Shown here one piece after another: positions 62,535 to 64,000 of a stretch of DNA of 64,000 nt (the stretch's first letter is position 1; every line of letters begins with the position of its first letter). Made by a program: the position numbers and the translations under genes. The notes under the pieces were generated by a model. It saw only the letters and a program-made list of their open reading frames with translations, was not told the origin of the DNA and did not search any database. The stretch covers positions 416,001 to 480,000 of the forward strand of contig CAWIKF010000001.1 of NCBI GenBank assembly GCA_963836755.1, read 5' to 3'. Source of the stretch: an uncultured Verrucomicrobiae bacterium (GTDB lineage Bacteria > Verrucomicrobiota > Verrucomicrobiia > Chthoniobacterales > Chthoniobacteraceae).

Positions 62535-63290
62535 ATGTTGAGATCCGTTAAAAACCAAATCCTCAAGGTTCCCGGCGTTGGGAAATTAACTCACGATTTG
62601 AAGAAAATCATGCGTGGGGATCCACCTATAACTTCGGGATCTATCTATGACGAGAATGTGCTGGCGCAATTGATCGGCAAAGATGATCCAATCATTCTTG
62701 ACATCGGCTGTAATGACGGAAGCGACACCTTGTGGCTTCTTGAACTATTTCAGCGGGCTCGAATCCATAGCTTCGAGCCCGACCCTCGAGCCAGAGCGAG
62801 ATATCTTAAACAAGTCTTGGACAAGAGAGCGACCTTGTCAGCCGTGGCAATTTCAAACAATGACGGCGTCGCCGAGTTTCACACCAGCAATGGAACAAAT
62901 CCAGTCGCAGAGGGACGGGAAAAATGTGAAAGCGGATGGGACCTTTCTGGGTCGTTGAGAAAGCCAAAGGAACACGTGGAAGCGCACCCTTGGTGCACCT
63001 TTGACAACACCATCAAGGTAGAGACAAAAAAACTGGACACTTGGGCTCAGGAAAACGGTATCGGAGCGATCGACTTAATATGGGCAGATGTGCAGGGAGC
63101 CGAGGCGGACCTCATTGAAGGTGGCAAAGAAGCTCTGCAAAGGACGCGGTATGTCTATACCGAATACAACAATCAGGAGCTTTACGAAGGCCAGGTAAAC
63201 CTTAGTCGATTATTGAAGTTGGTGCCTGACTTTGAAGTCGTTCACAATTATGGAAACGACGTGCTTTTACGTAATAAGCGTCAAGCGTAG
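62535..63290 (+). CDS. FkbM-family methyltransferase (NoeI-like)
   Basis: ILDIGCNDG, SFEPDPR, SGSLRKP and IWADVQGAE motifs. Confidence 0.9.
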   Translation: MLRSVKNQILKVPGVGKLTHDLKKIMRGDPPITSGSIYDENVLAQLIGKDDPIILDIGCNDGSDTLWLLELFQRARIHSFEPDPRARARYLKQVLDKRATLSAVAISNNDGVAEFHTSNGTNPVAEGREKCESGWDLSGSLRKPKEHVEAHPWCTFDNTIKVETKKLDTWAQENGIGAIDLIWADVQGAEADLIEGGKEALQRTRYVYTEYNNQELYEGQVNLSRLLKLVPDFEVVHNYGNDVLLRNKRQA

Positions 63291-63357
63291 AGAAGGCATG
63301 GCTGTCGGCATTAGTCTCTCCTGTCGGTGTTAACGGGCAATCTCGCGCGGGTCAATT

Positions 63358-64000
63358 GTGCCAAAGATCGCATTCATTTCCCTTTACCTTCCGAGCGGGA
63401 GTAAAATCGGGGTAGGCTATCAAGCTCACGCGATGGCCAATGTATTTGTCGGACGTGGATGGGAGGTTACCATGCATAGCCCGTGCGAGTGTCCAGAAGA
63501 TGCGCTCTATCATCACATCAAGGTTCCGGTTGGTGACTCAATGCGGACGTTTCGATTTGCGTGGGAATTGGGGCGATTGGACTGGAGCAGCTTCGACGTC
63601 GTGCATGCGCATGGTGATGATTATTTCCTTTGGATGAAAACGCCGGTTCACGTTCGCACAATGCACGGTTCGTGTCTTGCGGAAGCGCTGCACATCACGG
63701 GTGCGAAGAACAAGCTGCGGATGCTGGGATTGGGTCTTTCTGAGGTAGTCGCCGCGGCCGCAGCTCATCGCACTGTGGGCGTGTCGGAGAATACTTTACG
63801 AAGCTATCCATGGATTCATCAGATGATTCCAAACGGGGTGAACCTCGAGAAGTATTGTCCCACCGAGCAAAAGGAATCTGTTCCGACGATCCTTTTCGTC
63901 GGCACCTACAAAAATCGCAAACGCGGCGAACTTTTAATGAAGGTTTTCGAGGATTGCGTGCGACCCGCGTTGCCAGATGCGAAGCTTTGGATGGTCTGCA
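63358..64000 (+). CDS. GT4 glycosyltransferase, 3'-truncated by window edge (absent from ORF track)
   Basis: Manual translation: VPKIAFISLYLPSGSKIGVGYQAH...FDVVHAHGD...IPNGVNL...ILFVGTYKNRKRG; frame open to the end. Confidence 0.88.
   Translation, partial: MPKIAFISLYLPSGSKIGVGYQAHAMANVFVGRGWEVTMHSPCECPEDALYHHIKVPVGDSMRTFRFAWELGRLDWSSFDVVHAHGDDYFLWMKTPVHVRTMHGSCLAEALHITGAKNKLRMLGLGLSEVVAAAAAHRTVGVSENTLRSYPWIHQMIPNGVNLEKYCPTEQKESVPTILFVGTYKNRKRGELLMKVFEDCVRPALPDAKLWMVC

Overview
High-GC bacterial chromosome segment. Gene content and protein style suggest Verrucomicrobiota, probably Chthoniobacterales-like (inference, no marker gene present). Positions 1-31.4 kb are mostly housekeeping: a UbiA/MqnP prenyltransferase, split metH, acs, mpl with an M14 peptidase, YqeY-ispD-M16 peptidase, tig-clpP-clpX, thioredoxin/glutaredoxin, pyc, proB, a frameshifted proA, prfB with its programmed frameshift, and an FtsB-like gene. 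Positions 31.4-43.7 kb hold a type II secretion cluster with two extra exported-protein genes. From 43.8 kb to the end is a visibly less GC-rich surface-polysaccharide locus (beta-barrel, short Wza, Wzc, O-antigen ligase-like gene, GbsR/MarR and NusG/RfaH paralog, Wzm/Wzt, methyltransferases, glycosyltransferases). The best candidates for undescribed biology are: an unannotated sigma54-promoter/terminator-bounded ~90-nt small RNA at 12.4-12.5 kb; a membrane-anchored TIR protein lacking its catalytic Glu, paired with a TM/coiled-coil/LytR_C-like protein; a stand-alone minimal secretin-like protein; and a T2SS-embedded gene that appears to start at ATC. No rRNA, tRNA, CRISPR array or mobile element was recognised.
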